Positions 55,067 through 64,000 of a DNA stretch of 64,000 nucleotides are shown here, piece after piece. Location of the stretch: contig CAYWST010000001.1 of assembly GCA_964461075.1 (NCBI GenBank), positions 11,234-75,233 on the forward strand. The letters are read 5' to 3'. Source of the DNA: an uncultured Solibacteraceae bacterium (GTDB lineage Bacteria > Acidobacteriota > Terriglobia > Bryobacterales > Bryobacteraceae). Every line of letters begins with the position of its first letter. The first letter of the stretch is position 1. Position numbers and translations under genes: made by a program. Under the pieces are notes generated by a model. It had not been told where the DNA came from. It saw nothing but the letters and a program-made list of their open reading frames with translations, and searched no databases.

Positions 55067-56692
55067 TCAGAACGGCTGGAACGCCGCCATCTCGCCCACT
55101 GCAATGACCTCTCCGCCGGGCGATGGCTGTGTGAAGCGCAGCGGAGCCGCGGGGCGGTGGCCGTCGTCGAGAAAGAAGACGCGGCCGAGCCGGACCAGCG
55201 TGCACTTCCCGTTCTTCGGCACATCCTCCTTCACCAGCTTGCGGCTGGAGAGGCACGAAAACGCGAGATTTGCCACGCCCCTCTCGCGCGTCCCGGGAGG
55301 CAACTCCACGGCCACGCGCCGCCAGCCGGGCGATTCAATGTGGTTGCTTGCGATCCCCAAAGAAGACCTGTACCAGCGATTCGATCCGCGCGGCTGCACC
55401 ACCGCTTCGATCCAGGCGGCGTCGAGCCGGGACTCGAATTCAATGTAAAGATACCCGCGTGAGTCGCCGATGTTCTCGCCCTCGAACTTTCCGTAAGGTC
55501 TCGTTTTGCGCTCGCGCTCGAGTTCGGCCGCGACGGCGCGATAGGTGTCCGGATCGGCGTCCATGACGCGTTCCCGCGATCCTTCCCCGGAAGGGAAATC
55601 CACCGGCATTGGCCTGAACACGAGCGATTCCGCGGGCGGCGTTGTGACCGAGTCGACCATGTTGTTGTTGGTAACCGGCAGGAGAAGTGGATGCAAATCG
55701 CGATACGCGCCGGCGTAGGGAACTTCTTTGTGATTGCGCGTCTGGATTACAGTGCGCGCAGGCTTGCCCGAAGGTCCCGGCCAGACCCGGTAGACGAACT
55801 CGATGTCTGACGCCCGGCCCCACCTCGCCATCAAGTCCCGCGTTGAGGTCCCCCCGTCTTCGTTGGAGAAGACCACGGTGTATTCGATCGCGCCATCCAG
55901 GCGCGTGGCATACATCAGCAGCGGAATATCGCTGAACTGACCGCGGGCGTTTGCGCGCTCATAGAGCACCGGGGCGTTTGCCACCGCCGCATATCTGGAT
56001 TCTTCAGGGCGTACTTCCTCGACTTTCATGGAGGCCACGGCGAAGCCGGCGTTCCCCGCGGAGGAGACATCCCGCTCCACGGCCATCACATGGCTTCCGG
56101 CGGCGAGACGGCCCAGCACGATCGAGTAGACGCGAGACGCCGGACCGTTCCAGACGACGACATGTTGCGGCTCTGACCCGTCGACGGTCACGCGAGCCAC
56201 TGCGGCTTCGCTTCCCCGGCGCGCCCAGTTCCCATTGGGCGAAGTCAACTCCAGATGAGCGACGCACTCGCCTTGCCCCGAGCTTTCAAACTTCAACTGC
56301 CCGGCTGAAAGGAACGGCGCCAGAAAGAGCGCCATGGCCGCCGTCAATCGAGCGATCGTCTTCATCAGCCTCTCCGAGCGGACAGGCTTCTGCAGCACTT
56401 CGGAAATCATTCCGGCTTGCGGCGCCCCGTCCAGATCGCCCGTCCAGCCCGAAAGCACAACGATGGGCAGGAGCGGATCCACGCCGTGGAGCCTGGAGAT
56501 CAGGCCGAGACCATCCTCTGAACGGGGCAGGCGGAGATCCATCAGGACACAGTCCGGACGCCCGGCGGCGATGCCGGCAAGGGCGGCTTCGGGGTTGCCG
56601 GCTTCCCTCACCGTATGGCCTGCTTTCTCAAGCAACAGGCGCCGGAGCATGCGTTGGTCGGCGTCATCGTCGATCAATAGGATGGATGGCAT
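55067..56692 (-). CDS. response-regulator receiver domain fused to a TM/signal-like helix and a roughly 400-aa domain of unknown function
   Basis: The REC domain has all key residues (IDDD, VLMDLRLP, VVLSG, LQKP). It is directly followed by MKTIARLTAAMALFLAPFLSAGQ and about 410 aa with no motif I recognise. It is a single ORF with no intervening stop. Confidence 0.7.
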   Translation of the reverse strand: MPSILLIDDDADQRMLRRLLLEKAGHTVREAGNPEAALAGIAAGRPDCVLMDLRLPRSEDGLGLISRLHGVDPLLPIVVLSGWTGDLDGAPQAGMISEVLQKPVRSERLMKTIARLTAAMALFLAPFLSAGQLKFESSGQGECVAHLELTSPNGNWARRGSEAAVARVTVDGSEPQHVVVWNGPASRVYSIVLGRLAAGSHVMAVERDVSSAGNAGFAVASMKVEEVRPEESRYAAVANAPVLYERANARGQFSDIPLLMYATRLDGAIEYTVVFSNEDGGTSTRDLMARWGRASDIEFVYRVWPGPSGKPARTVIQTRNHKEVPYAGAYRDLHPLLLPVTNNNMVDSVTTPPAESLVFRPMPVDFPSGEGSRERVMDADPDTYRAVAAELERERKTRPYGKFEGENIGDSRGYLYIEFESRLDAAWIEAVVQPRGSNRWYRSSLGIASNHIESPGWRRVAVELPPGTRERGVANLAFSCLSSRKLVKEDVPKNGKCTLVRLGRVFFLDDGHRPAAPLRFTQPSPGGEVIAVGEMAAFQPF

Positions 56693-56716
56693 GAATTGAT
56701 CTGGTTCGTCGGCAGT

Positions 56717-57193
56717 TCACTGCTCGAAGTCGATGTTGGCGATCACCAGTTGCGGCAGGGTCTGATTCCAGCTTGCCGGAATCGCGTCGAACGGCATTCG
56801 AAAGGCGCGCGACTCGCCGGGTTTGAGGCTGCCCAGCGCGCTCCTCTTCACAATCGGAACCCTCTCACGATGGATCACGTTCAGACCAACATCGTAAAAC
56901 ACGCAACTGAGCTCCACCAGCCGGAGTGGGCGGTCCCCCTTGTTCTGGATGCGTCCCGTGATCTCGATCAGCGTCGAGCCCATGTAGTTTTCGGTGGCCT
57001 TCATTTCGACGCCCTCCAGGCCCAGGTTGCGGACGTACGCTTTCGCTTCCGGCGTCAATGAGGCCGGCTGAGCGGAACCGCCGAAGCGGTACATGACGAA
57101 ACCCGCGGCGGCGGCGATCACGATCACGGCCAGGACAGAGAGGACGGGCGTGAAGTTGTACGATTCCTTCCGTGTGTAGCTAGCTTCAACCAC
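56717..57193 (-). CDS. membrane-anchored hypothetical protein (DUF3426-like beta-sandwich)
   Basis: GTG start and a TM helix (VLSVLAVIVIAAAAGFVMY). The C-terminal segment LIEITGRIQNKGDRPLRLVELSCVFYD...LKPGESRAFRMPF resembles DUF3426-type domains, a low-confidence assignment. Confidence 0.45.
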   Translation of the reverse strand: MVEASYTRKESYNFTPVLSVLAVIVIAAAAGFVMYRFGGSAQPASLTPEAKAYVRNLGLEGVEMKATENYMGSTLIEITGRIQNKGDRPLRLVELSCVFYDVGLNVIHRERVPIVKRSALGSLKPGESRAFRMPFDAIPASWNQTLPQLVIANIDFEQ

Positions 57194-57425
57194 AGACTTT
57201 CATCTCCCCGAACTCGATTGTAGGCGAGGGCGTCGCGGAGCGGAATGCCGCGGCGTCAACCGTCAGAGCGGCCGGGGCCCCTCGCCATTCGATTTGGACA
57301 CCGGCAAGAGCGGGTTTGGGCGGGCGAAGCGGCGGCCCAGGGTCGTTTTACTTGATCTGTAACGTGAGCCGGCGCCAATTTCGCACTTTATTCGCCCTTT
57401 CCAAGGACTGAGTTTTGCTCCCATT

Positions 57426-58484
57426 ATGATATCCTTTAAGCGGGATGGATTCCCTCTTCACCGGCTGCCGTCCGGCACCTTCCATATGAAAGCCCGCATC
57501 GCGCTGACTCGCGGAGTCGAGGGCTTTTTCGGCACAAAAGACGAGAATATCCGCTTGATTGAGCGGACTCTGGGCGTGACGACCAGGCTGACCCACGACG
57601 CGCTGGAGATCGAAGGCGAAGACGACCAGGTCAACCGCGCGGAGGCCATCGTCGCCGACTACGAGTATCTGCTGGAAGCCGGACACAAGCTTCCTTCTGC
57701 GGACCTGACCAACTACATCAAGGTGATCACGGCCGACTCGAGCGTCTCGCTGCGCTCGATGGTGGAAAGCGGCAAAGCCCGGAACTTCGGCAAGAAGACG
57801 ATCGTGCCGAAGACGGTGAATCAGCGGCGGTATCTGGACTCGATCGAACGGCACGACCTGGTTTTCGGCATCGGGCCCGCGGGAACCGGCAAGACGTACC
57901 TGGCCGTGGCGATGGCCGTCTCCGCGCTGCTCAACAAACAGGTGTCGCGAATCATCCTGACCCGGCCCGCGGTCGAGGCGGGCGAGAGGCTGGGATTCCT
58001 ACCCGGCACGCTGCAGGAAAAGATCGATCCTTACCTCCGTCCGCTCTACGACGCGCTCTTCGACATGATCGAGATAGAGCGTGTGGAGAAATACCTGGAG
58101 AGGAACACGATCGAAATCGCACCGCTTGCATTCATGCGGGGACGCACCTTGAATGACAGCTTCATCATCCTGGACGAGGCCCAGAACTCGACGGCCGAGC
58201 AGATGAAGATGTTTCTGACGAGGCAAGGCTTCAACTCGAAAACCATGGTGACGGGCGACCTGACGCAGATCGACCTCCCCCCGGGCCGCCGCAGCGGCCT
58301 GAACGAAGCGATCGAAGTGCTGGCCGGCGTCGACGGAGTCGAGATGGTGTACTTCGACGAGAGGGACGTGGTCCGGAACTCCCTGGTGCAGCGGATCGTC
58401 AAGGCGTATGAACGCTACAATGAAGCCAATGGGATTGGACGGCAAATGAGCCTGAAGTTGCCATCTGAAGCGCCTAAGGCTTAG
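57426..58484 (+). CDS. phoH: PhoH family ATPase
   Basis: Walker A is [13 protein letters not shown] and Walker B is FIILDEAQN. The motifs [16 protein letters not shown] and GDLTQIDLP are present. An alternative ATG lies at 57486 (MKARIAL). Confidence 0.9.
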   Translation: MISFKRDGFPLHRLPSGTFHMKARIALTRGVEGFFGTKDENIRLIERTLGVTTRLTHDALEIEGEDDQVNRAEAIVADYEYLLEAGHKLPSADLTNYIKVITADSSVSLRSMVESGKARNFGKKTIVPKTVNQRRYLDSIERHDLVFGIGPAGTGKTYLAVAMAVSALLNKQVSRIILTRPAVEAGERLGFLPGTLQEKIDPYLRPLYDALFDMIEIERVEKYLERNTIEIAPLAFMRGRTLNDSFIILDEAQNSTAEQMKMFLTRQGFNSKTMVTGDLTQIDLPPGRRSGLNEAIEVLAGVDGVEMVYFDERDVVRNSLVQRIVKAYERYNEANGIGRQMSLKLPSEAPKA

Positions 58485-58488
58485 TGCG

Positions 58489-58941
58489 ATGGAGCCTGAG
58501 GCCGAAGGGCCGGTCCTGATCTTCAGTTCCCGCTGCGAGGGCGTGGATAGGAAAGCCTTACGTGAGTTCGCCCGGCGCTTAATCGAAGAGATCGCCGCGG
58601 GCGCATCGTTTACGTGCCTTTTCACCGGCGACGGCCGGCTCCGCAGGCTCAACCGCCAGTTCCTCGGGAAGGATTACGCAACCGACGTCCTTTCTTTTCC
58701 CGCCGCGTCTCCTGACGGAGGGCTCGGCGAACTGGCCATCAGTGTCGCGCGAGCCCGTGAGCAGGCCGCCGGACAGGGCCACAGCCTGACTGAGGAACTG
58801 GAGATCCTCATGCTGCACGGCTTTCTTCACCTCCTCGGCCACAACCATGAAAACGACCGGGGCGCGATGAAGCGCGCCGAACAAAAGCTGCGCCGGAAAC
58901 TGGGCTTGCCGAAAGGGCTGATCGAGAGGTCGGGACGATGA
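58489..58941 (+). CDS. ybeY: rRNA maturation RNase YbeY
   Basis: TDVLSFP and the metal motif HGFLHLLGHNH. Confidence 0.9.
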   Translation: MEPEAEGPVLIFSSRCEGVDRKALREFARRLIEEIAAGASFTCLFTGDGRLRRLNRQFLGKDYATDVLSFPAASPDGGLGELAISVARAREQAAGQGHSLTEELEILMLHGFLHLLGHNHENDRGAMKRAEQKLRRKLGLPKGLIERSGR

Positions 58942-60200
58942 TGCTGATTGCCTCGCTCGTCCTTTCCGCCGCTCTGATCCTGGCTAGTTTCGTGCAGTTG
59001 CTCTACCTGGAGTCGATGCGGCTACGGACGCGGGAGCTTCCGGCGCTGGAGTTCTTCAAGTCCAGACTTTCTGATCTGCTCGGGCATGAAACTGAGCAGG
59101 GAGCGCTGCTGTTCTCCCTGATTAAGCACACCCTGCTTGTTTTCAGCGGGGTCATCCTAACCGCGCTGGGCATCCTGGCCGCGCCGGGATGGATTGGGTT
59201 CACTGAAGGCGCCGCTCTCGCCTGGCTGGTCATGCTGGGCGCCTCTTATCTTGTTCCGCAGATTCTGTACCGCCGCTCTTCGGGCGTGTGGGTGCTCCCG
59301 CTGGTGCCCCTGATCCGCTTTGGGGCGCTGTTCTTCATGCCGCTCATGAAACTTCTCGATTTCCTGCAGCGGCTCTCCGACCTGAGCGTTGCGGAACCGG
59401 ACGAGGACAAGCAGACCACTCAGGCTGAGGAAATCGAGGCGTTGATCAGCGCCGGCGAGGAAGAGGGCATCATCGAGAAAGAGGACTCGCGCCTCATTCA
59501 GAACGTCGTCGCGTTTGGAGACAAGAGCGTCCGTCAGGTCATGACGCCGCGCCCAAGCATTGTGGCGATCGACAAGAACAGGAGCCTCGACGACCTCCGC
59601 CAACTCGCCAAGAACGAACAGTACTCCCGAATCCCCGTCTATGACGGCGTCGTGGACCGCATCGTCGGCTTCGTTCACGTTCGAGACCTGTTCGAGTTGG
59701 ATCAGGAGCACCGGGAAGGGCGCACGGTTGAATCGCTGATGCGGAAGATTCAGGGCGTTCCCGAGTCGAAGCCCGTCGCCGATCTGCTGCGCGAGATGCA
59801 AGACAGCGGGACGCACATGGTGTACGTCTCCGACGAGTATGGCAACCTGGCCGGCCTGGTCACGCTCGAGGATCTGGTGGAGGAGGTGTTCGGAGAGATC
59901 CGCGACGAGCACGAGCCTCCGCACGACGTGGAGAGAAACGAGGACGGGTCGATCGTCGTCAGCGGAAGCTTCGACATTGACCATCTCGCTGAGCATTTCG
60001 GCTTCCAGCGGGATGACGATCTGGAGTCGACCACAGTAGGCGGACTGGCTTCGGAATGGAGCGGGTCCGTGCCGCGCCCAGGGACTGTCATTGAGCGCAG
60101 CGGGCTGCGTCTGACGGTTCTGGCCAGCAATGACAGACGCGTAGAGCGTGTCCGCATCGAACAGTCCCTCCCCGCGGAGAACGGAAATGAAGGCAAATGA
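58938..60200 (+). CDS. CNNM/DUF21 - CBS pair - CorC_HlyC family membrane protein
   Basis: ATGA overlap with ybeY. N-terminal TM helices are followed by two CBS-like segments (VMTPR...IPVY, LVTLEDLVEE) and a C-terminal CorC-type domain. Confidence 0.88.
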   Translation: MMLIASLVLSAALILASFVQLLYLESMRLRTRELPALEFFKSRLSDLLGHETEQGALLFSLIKHTLLVFSGVILTALGILAAPGWIGFTEGAALAWLVMLGASYLVPQILYRRSSGVWVLPLVPLIRFGALFFMPLMKLLDFLQRLSDLSVAEPDEDKQTTQAEEIEALISAGEEEGIIEKEDSRLIQNVVAFGDKSVRQVMTPRPSIVAIDKNRSLDDLRQLAKNEQYSRIPVYDGVVDRIVGFVHVRDLFELDQEHREGRTVESLMRKIQGVPESKPVADLLREMQDSGTHMVYVSDEYGNLAGLVTLEDLVEEVFGEIRDEHEPPHDVERNEDGSIVVSGSFDIDHLAEHFGFQRDDDLESTTVGGLASEWSGSVPRPGTVIERSGLRLTVLASNDRRVERVRIEQSLPAENGNEGK

Positions 60201-61150
60201 GGCCGCGTAAGAAAAAAGACCCGTCAAAACCTCACCACTCCGGCTTCGTTTCGATCCTGGGCCGCCCCAACACCGGCAAGTCGACGCTGCTGAATCAACT
60301 GGTTGGCTCCAAGCTGGCCATCGTCGCCAATAAACCGCAGACGACACGCACGACGATCCAAGGGGTGTGGACTGCCGCCGGCGCGCAGGTTGTGTTTGTC
60401 GACACGCCCGGCATCCACACCGGGGACAGCCTCCTCAGCAAGCGGATGATGGAGTCGATCAGAGAGGCGCTGGATGAGCGCGATCTGCTTCTCTACCTGG
60501 TGGACGCCTCGCGCGAGACGGGCGAAGAGGACGAGCGGGCTCTCGATCTCGTCAGACAGGCCAGTACGCCGGCCATCGCCGTGTTTAACAAGATCGACCT
60601 GATCAAAGACAAACGGAAACTCCTTCCGCTGATGGACCGGTACAGGCATTTGCTCGAGTTCGCCGACTACATCCCCATCTCCGCGCGAACCGGGCGCGGC
60701 GTCGATGAGTTGAGGACAGCGATCCTGTCGCGCCTGCCGAAGGGGCCGGCCTACTTTCCTCCCGACCACCTGACGGATCAGCCCGAGCGATTCCTGGTCG
60801 CGGAGCTGATCCGGGAGAAGATCCTGGCCGTCACGCGGGAAGAGGTTCCACACTCGGTTGCGGTTACCGTTGAGGAGTGGAAGGAAGAGGGCCGGCTCAC
60901 GCGCGTCTCCGCGACGATTCACGTCGAGCGGCCGGGCCAGAAGGCGATCATCCTCGGCGAGAAAGGTGAGCGGCTGAAGCTGATTGGGACGAAAGCAAGG
61001 CTTGAATCGGAGAAACTCCTGGGCCGCCGCTTCTTCTTCGGTCTGTTCGTTCGCGTGACCAGAAACTGGCGGGAAAACGAATCGTTCCTGAAGGAACTCG
61101 ACTGGCGCGCGATGAGCGGCGGAGTGGCGCGCGATTCGGAAGGGGCATAA
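60197..61150 (+). CDS. era: GTPase Era
   Basis: G1 is GRPNTGKST, G2 TTR, G3 DTPG and G4 NKID. The C-terminal KH domain contains VERPGQKAIILG. ATGA overlap with the upstream gene. Confidence 0.95.
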   Translation: MRPRKKKDPSKPHHSGFVSILGRPNTGKSTLLNQLVGSKLAIVANKPQTTRTTIQGVWTAAGAQVVFVDTPGIHTGDSLLSKRMMESIREALDERDLLLYLVDASRETGEEDERALDLVRQASTPAIAVFNKIDLIKDKRKLLPLMDRYRHLLEFADYIPISARTGRGVDELRTAILSRLPKGPAYFPPDHLTDQPERFLVAELIREKILAVTREEVPHSVAVTVEEWKEEGRLTRVSATIHVERPGQKAIILGEKGERLKLIGTKARLESEKLLGRRFFFGLFVRVTRNWRENESFLKELDWRAMSGGVARDSEGA

Positions 61151-61153
61151 TGG

Positions 61154-61441
61154 ATGCGTATGCGGTTACTGTTCGTTCTGCTACTCGGAATGACGCTCTC
61201 TTTCGGTATGGCTGCTCAGTCCAAGGATGATGGCAGGATCAACGATGAAGTCAGGCGCCGTCTCGCCGGCGATCCTGACGTCAAGTGCGGCGCCTGCGAA
61301 GTGGACGTGGTTGACGGCAAGGTCACGATCAAAGGAACCGTCGACAAAGAGAAATTCATCTCCAAGGCCGAAAAGCTGGCCAGGAAGGTGAAAGGCGTCA
61401 AGAACGTCGACAATCAACTGAAGGTGAAGACCCCGCAGTGA
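61154..61441 (+). CDS. BON domain-containing exported protein
   Basis: Signal peptide MRMRLLFVLLLGMTLSFGMAAQ. The BON-like segment is VDVVDGKVTIKGTV....KAEKLARKVKGVKNVDNQL. Confidence 0.75.
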   Translation: MRMRLLFVLLLGMTLSFGMAAQSKDDGRINDEVRRRLAGDPDVKCGACEVDVVDGKVTIKGTVDKEKFISKAEKLARKVKGVKNVDNQLKVKTPQ

Positions 61442-62250
61442 CGCTCGGGCCGGATCCGGTCTTGCGCGCTGTCGGCGTGATCCACAGCGAGGTCCGCGAC
61501 AGGAAAAGCATGCCGGCGTGGGGAGCGCCGGCGACCGTTGAAATCTTCGAGGAGTTCGAACCCGCCCTCCACCGTATCGACAAGCACTCGCATATTTGGA
61601 TTCTCGCCTGGCTCGTCCAGGGCCGGGATGAGCGGCACGTGCTGCAGGTGACGCCTCGGGGCGTGGCCGATCGCGGCCCGGGCGGCCTGCACGGCGTCTT
61701 CGCCGTCCGCAGCCCCGCCAGGCCCAATCCCATCGGGATGACCGCAGCCCGGCTTCTCGACAGGAGCGGGCGGATGTTGCGGGTCAGCGCGCTCGACTTT
61801 CTCGACCAGACCCCCGTGCTCGACGTGAAACCATATTTCGTCACTCGCGACATGATCTTCTCCGCGGCTGGACGGCAGATCGGCGCGGCGGGTTCGCGGG
61901 AAGCGCTGCGGGAATCCCTCACCGTGCAGGCGGTTCACTTTCATGGCTCGCTCACGCCCTGGGTGGCTTGGGCGGTGCGCGTTGTCGAGCATTACCGCTG
62001 GCGTCGGCACGCCCTCAACGACCCGCCGGAGTGGAACCTCACGGCGCCCGCGGAACGCCCCGAAGTGGCCGACGCCCTGATGGGGATGACGCGCGTTTCT
62101 CTCGGCCGAGGCAATCTGCGCCTTGGACCCGCCGGTGTCATCGAACTCAACGGTGAGGCGCGCTATGAAGCGGCGGCCAATCTTCCGGACTCGCCCGAGG
62201 AAGCGCTCTCGGCCGAAGACGATTCGCTGTTCCGCATCATCGATCTGTGA
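61438..62250 (+). CDS. trmO: TrmO/TsaA-family tRNA methyltransferase-like protein
   Basis: GTGA overlap with the BON gene. The motifs are VGVIHSE, HSHIWILAW, GVFAVRSPARPNPIG and DQTPVLDVKPY. There is a C-terminal extension of about 120 aa. Confidence 0.78.
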   Translation: MTLGPDPVLRAVGVIHSEVRDRKSMPAWGAPATVEIFEEFEPALHRIDKHSHIWILAWLVQGRDERHVLQVTPRGVADRGPGGLHGVFAVRSPARPNPIGMTAARLLDRSGRMLRVSALDFLDQTPVLDVKPYFVTRDMIFSAAGRQIGAAGSREALRESLTVQAVHFHGSLTPWVAWAVRVVEHYRWRRHALNDPPEWNLTAPAERPEVADALMGMTRVSLGRGNLRLGPAGVIELNGEARYEAAANLPDSPEEALSAEDDSLFRIIDL

Positions 62251-64000
62251 TCGTGACGCGATTCAGGTCGCTTGATGGCGAGTCGAGCCGCACGCAGAGC
62301 AGTTTCTTCCCGTCGGGCGAGAGGGAAAACGGGCCGCTGCCCAGAGGCCAAAGAGGTTCGGGATAGGGAGCGATGAACTCCGTCTTTCCGGACTCCAGAT
62401 CGAATCGGAATAGCGCCTGGTGATCGAGCGAATCCGGCCGTGTACCCAGGTAGTAGATGCCCCCCTTATCGAGCGACCAGCAACTCGTGCATCCAGGCAC
62501 AAGTCCATCGACGACCGCCGAGACAGCTTTGGAGCCGAGATCTCCTCGCCAGATGGATGAATCCAGACTTTCCTTCACGAAATACAGCCACTTGCCTGAT
62601 TGCTCCGCTTCCAATGACATTCCCGGCGTGTCGAAGATGCGTTCCGGAGCGCCTCCACCCGCGGGAAGGCGTGTCAGCCCGGCAGTGCCGCCGGCGTAGA
62701 TCCATCGGCCGTCGGCGGAGTAGACCGGGTGCACGCCCTTGCACCCCAAAGAGCGAACCCGCCAGACTCCATCCGGACTCCGCTCAGCCACGTGTAGCTC
62801 ACCGGTCTTCGGCGTGTTGAAGACGATTGCCTGCCCCGAAGGCGCCCACCGCCCGACCGATGGCTCAATCCCCGGCGGCGTGACGGCGGTTTGGGCGCTG
62901 CCGTCCGACTTCGCCACCCAAAGCCGCTCCTGCCCCGTCCGGTCGGACCTGAAGCAGAGTTCAGCGCCGTCGGGAGAGTATTGCGGACTCGCGTCCTGCC
63001 CCGTGGAAGCAACCAAACGGGTCCACCGCCCGCCGGTGAGGTCATACTCCCAGATGTTGCGGTCCTGGTTGAGTTCGGCGTACACAGCGAACGCGCCGGA
63101 ACGCGCCAACGTAAACTGGAGCGGGAACGATCCAAACAGGCCCATCGGCTGAGGTTCGCCGCCCTTGGCCGGCATGCGCCAGAGACGGAACTCGCCGCCA
63201 CGGTCAGAGGCGAAGTAGATGGCGCGCCCTCGCGAATCCCAGTCGTGTCCGCTGATCTGGCGCCCATCCCGGGTCAGCGGGGCGGCCTCGCCTCCCCCGA
63301 GGTCGAGCCGGTACAGTTCCTGCTGACCGCGGTGGAGCGAACGAAGAAACGTTACGAACCGGCCGTCCGGAGAGAAGCGAGGATCGACGTCGTTGCCGGC
63401 GCGGCTGTCAGGCTTGGTCAGCACGCGGCGCCGGGCGGTTTCCGGATCAAGGAGCATGATGCCCAGCGGCGCGCCAGGCGCGGAGGCGTAGCTGACAGCA
63501 AGGTGCTTGCCGTCCGGCGACCATTCCAGGAGCCGCTGATCGAAGCCATACGCCGGCGGCGAAAGGAAGCTGACAACACGCTCTCCGCCTCGATCCAGGC
63601 CGGCGACAACGATCTCCGTCGATTTGGCTCCGATGCGCAAGTATGCAAGCTGCCTGCCGTCCGGCGCCCACGCCGGGCTCGAATGATGGCCAGGCTGGCT
63701 GGACAACTCACGCTGGTCCCCGCTCGCCAAATCCCTGACCCACAGCCTGGGACTGGTATCGCCGGTCCGCGCCCAGAGAAAGGCGAGTGACTTGCCGTCC
63801 GGAGAAACCGCCGGCTGGAATTCCTTGCCCGGCATTCTCGTGACCGGCTGCAATCCTCCGATGGCAGGAGGATCGGAAATCCAGATCCGGCTCGAAACAA
63901 CCAGAGCAATCGCAATCAAGACCGCGCCGGCGGGAAGCAGGGTCCTCCGATTCGCCAGACGGGACTCCGCTTTCGGGACAGGGACGGGTTCAACGTGCGC
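62237..64000 (-). CDS. TolB-like WD40/PD40 beta-propeller protein with upstream TM segment (5' end beyond the window end)
   Basis: Repeated PD40-type units are present (SPDGKSLAF, APDGRQLAY, SPDGKHLAV, SPDGRFVTF, SPDGAELCF, SADGRWIY, SPDGKKLL). The frame stays open from 63919 to nt 64000 (AHVEPVPVPKAESRLANRRTLLPAGAVLIAIALVV), so the ORF-track TTG start is probably internal. Confidence 0.72.
   Translation of the reverse strand, partial: AHVEPVPVPKAESRLANRRTLLPAGAVLIAIALVVSSRIWISDPPAIGGLQPVTRMPGKEFQPAVSPDGKSLAFLWARTGDTSPRLWVRDLASGDQRELSSQPGHHSSPAWAPDGRQLAYLRIGAKSTEIVVAGLDRGGERVVSFLSPPAYGFDQRLLEWSPDGKHLAVSYASAPGAPLGIMLLDPETARRRVLTKPDSRAGNDVDPRFSPDGRFVTFLRSLHRGQQELYRLDLGGGEAAPLTRDGRQISGHDWDSRGRAIYFASDRGGEFRLWRMPAKGGEPQPMGLFGSFPLQFTLARSGAFAVYAELNQDRNIWEYDLTGGRWTRLVASTGQDASPQYSPDGAELCFRSDRTGQERLWVAKSDGSAQTAVTPPGIEPSVGRWAPSGQAIVFNTPKTGELHVAERSPDGVWRVRSLGCKGVHPVYSADGRWIYAGGTAGLTRLPAGGGAPERIFDTPGMSLEAEQSGKWLYFVKESLDSSIWRGDLGSKAVSAVVDGLVPGCTSCWSLDKGGIYYLGTRPDSLDHQALFRFDLESGKTEFIAPYPEPLWPLGSGPFSLSPDGKKLLCVRLDSPSSDLNRVTITDR

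Noticed and set aside
1-64000. I searched for CRISPR arrays, rRNA, transposases, integrases, prophage genes and toxin-antitoxin pairs.
   Set aside because: I saw no regularly spaced direct repeats, no DDE/tyrosine-recombinase-like ORFs, and no small adjacent ORF pairs with TA-like features. The only mobile-looking element is the low-GC R-M cassette, which has no mobility genes.

Overview
This is a densely packed bacterial chromosomal segment with about 57 protein genes and one tRNA-Ser. Hand-counted G+C is 62-67% per 60-nt line. The gene content suggests an Acidobacteriota-like soil bacterium, which is an inference: a CarboxypepD_reg/TonB-dependent receptor, many exported glycan-active, TPR and beta-propeller proteins, and frequent ATGA/GTGA/TTGA start-stop overlaps. 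Housekeeping genes I recognise are deoC, rodZ, pgsA, msrA, ileS-lspA, coaD, an aspartate aminotransferase, mobA, ubiX, malQ, an EF-P-family factor, phoH-ybeY-corC-era and trmO. Accessory content includes a low-GC two-gene restriction-modification cassette at 4.2-6.5 kb and a five-gene GT2/methyltransferase/M28 operon. It also includes a DUF898-M48 pair next to a sensor kinase, an arylsulfatase, several very large exported proteins of unknown function, and two two-component-like proteins with atypical architecture. I found no CRISPR array, rRNA, transposase or integrase. The observations I rate highest are four. First, a receiver domain fused in frame to a TM/signal-like helix and a 400-aa unknown ectodomain, with an internal SD+ATG (55067-56692). 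Second, the compositionally foreign R-M cassette with a MutH-like nuclease. Third, the DUF898-M48 module. Fourth, a probable CTG-initiated cell-wall amidase. Functions are inferred from motifs read by eye. No database search was run, and several start codons were re-assigned by me, as noted per feature.
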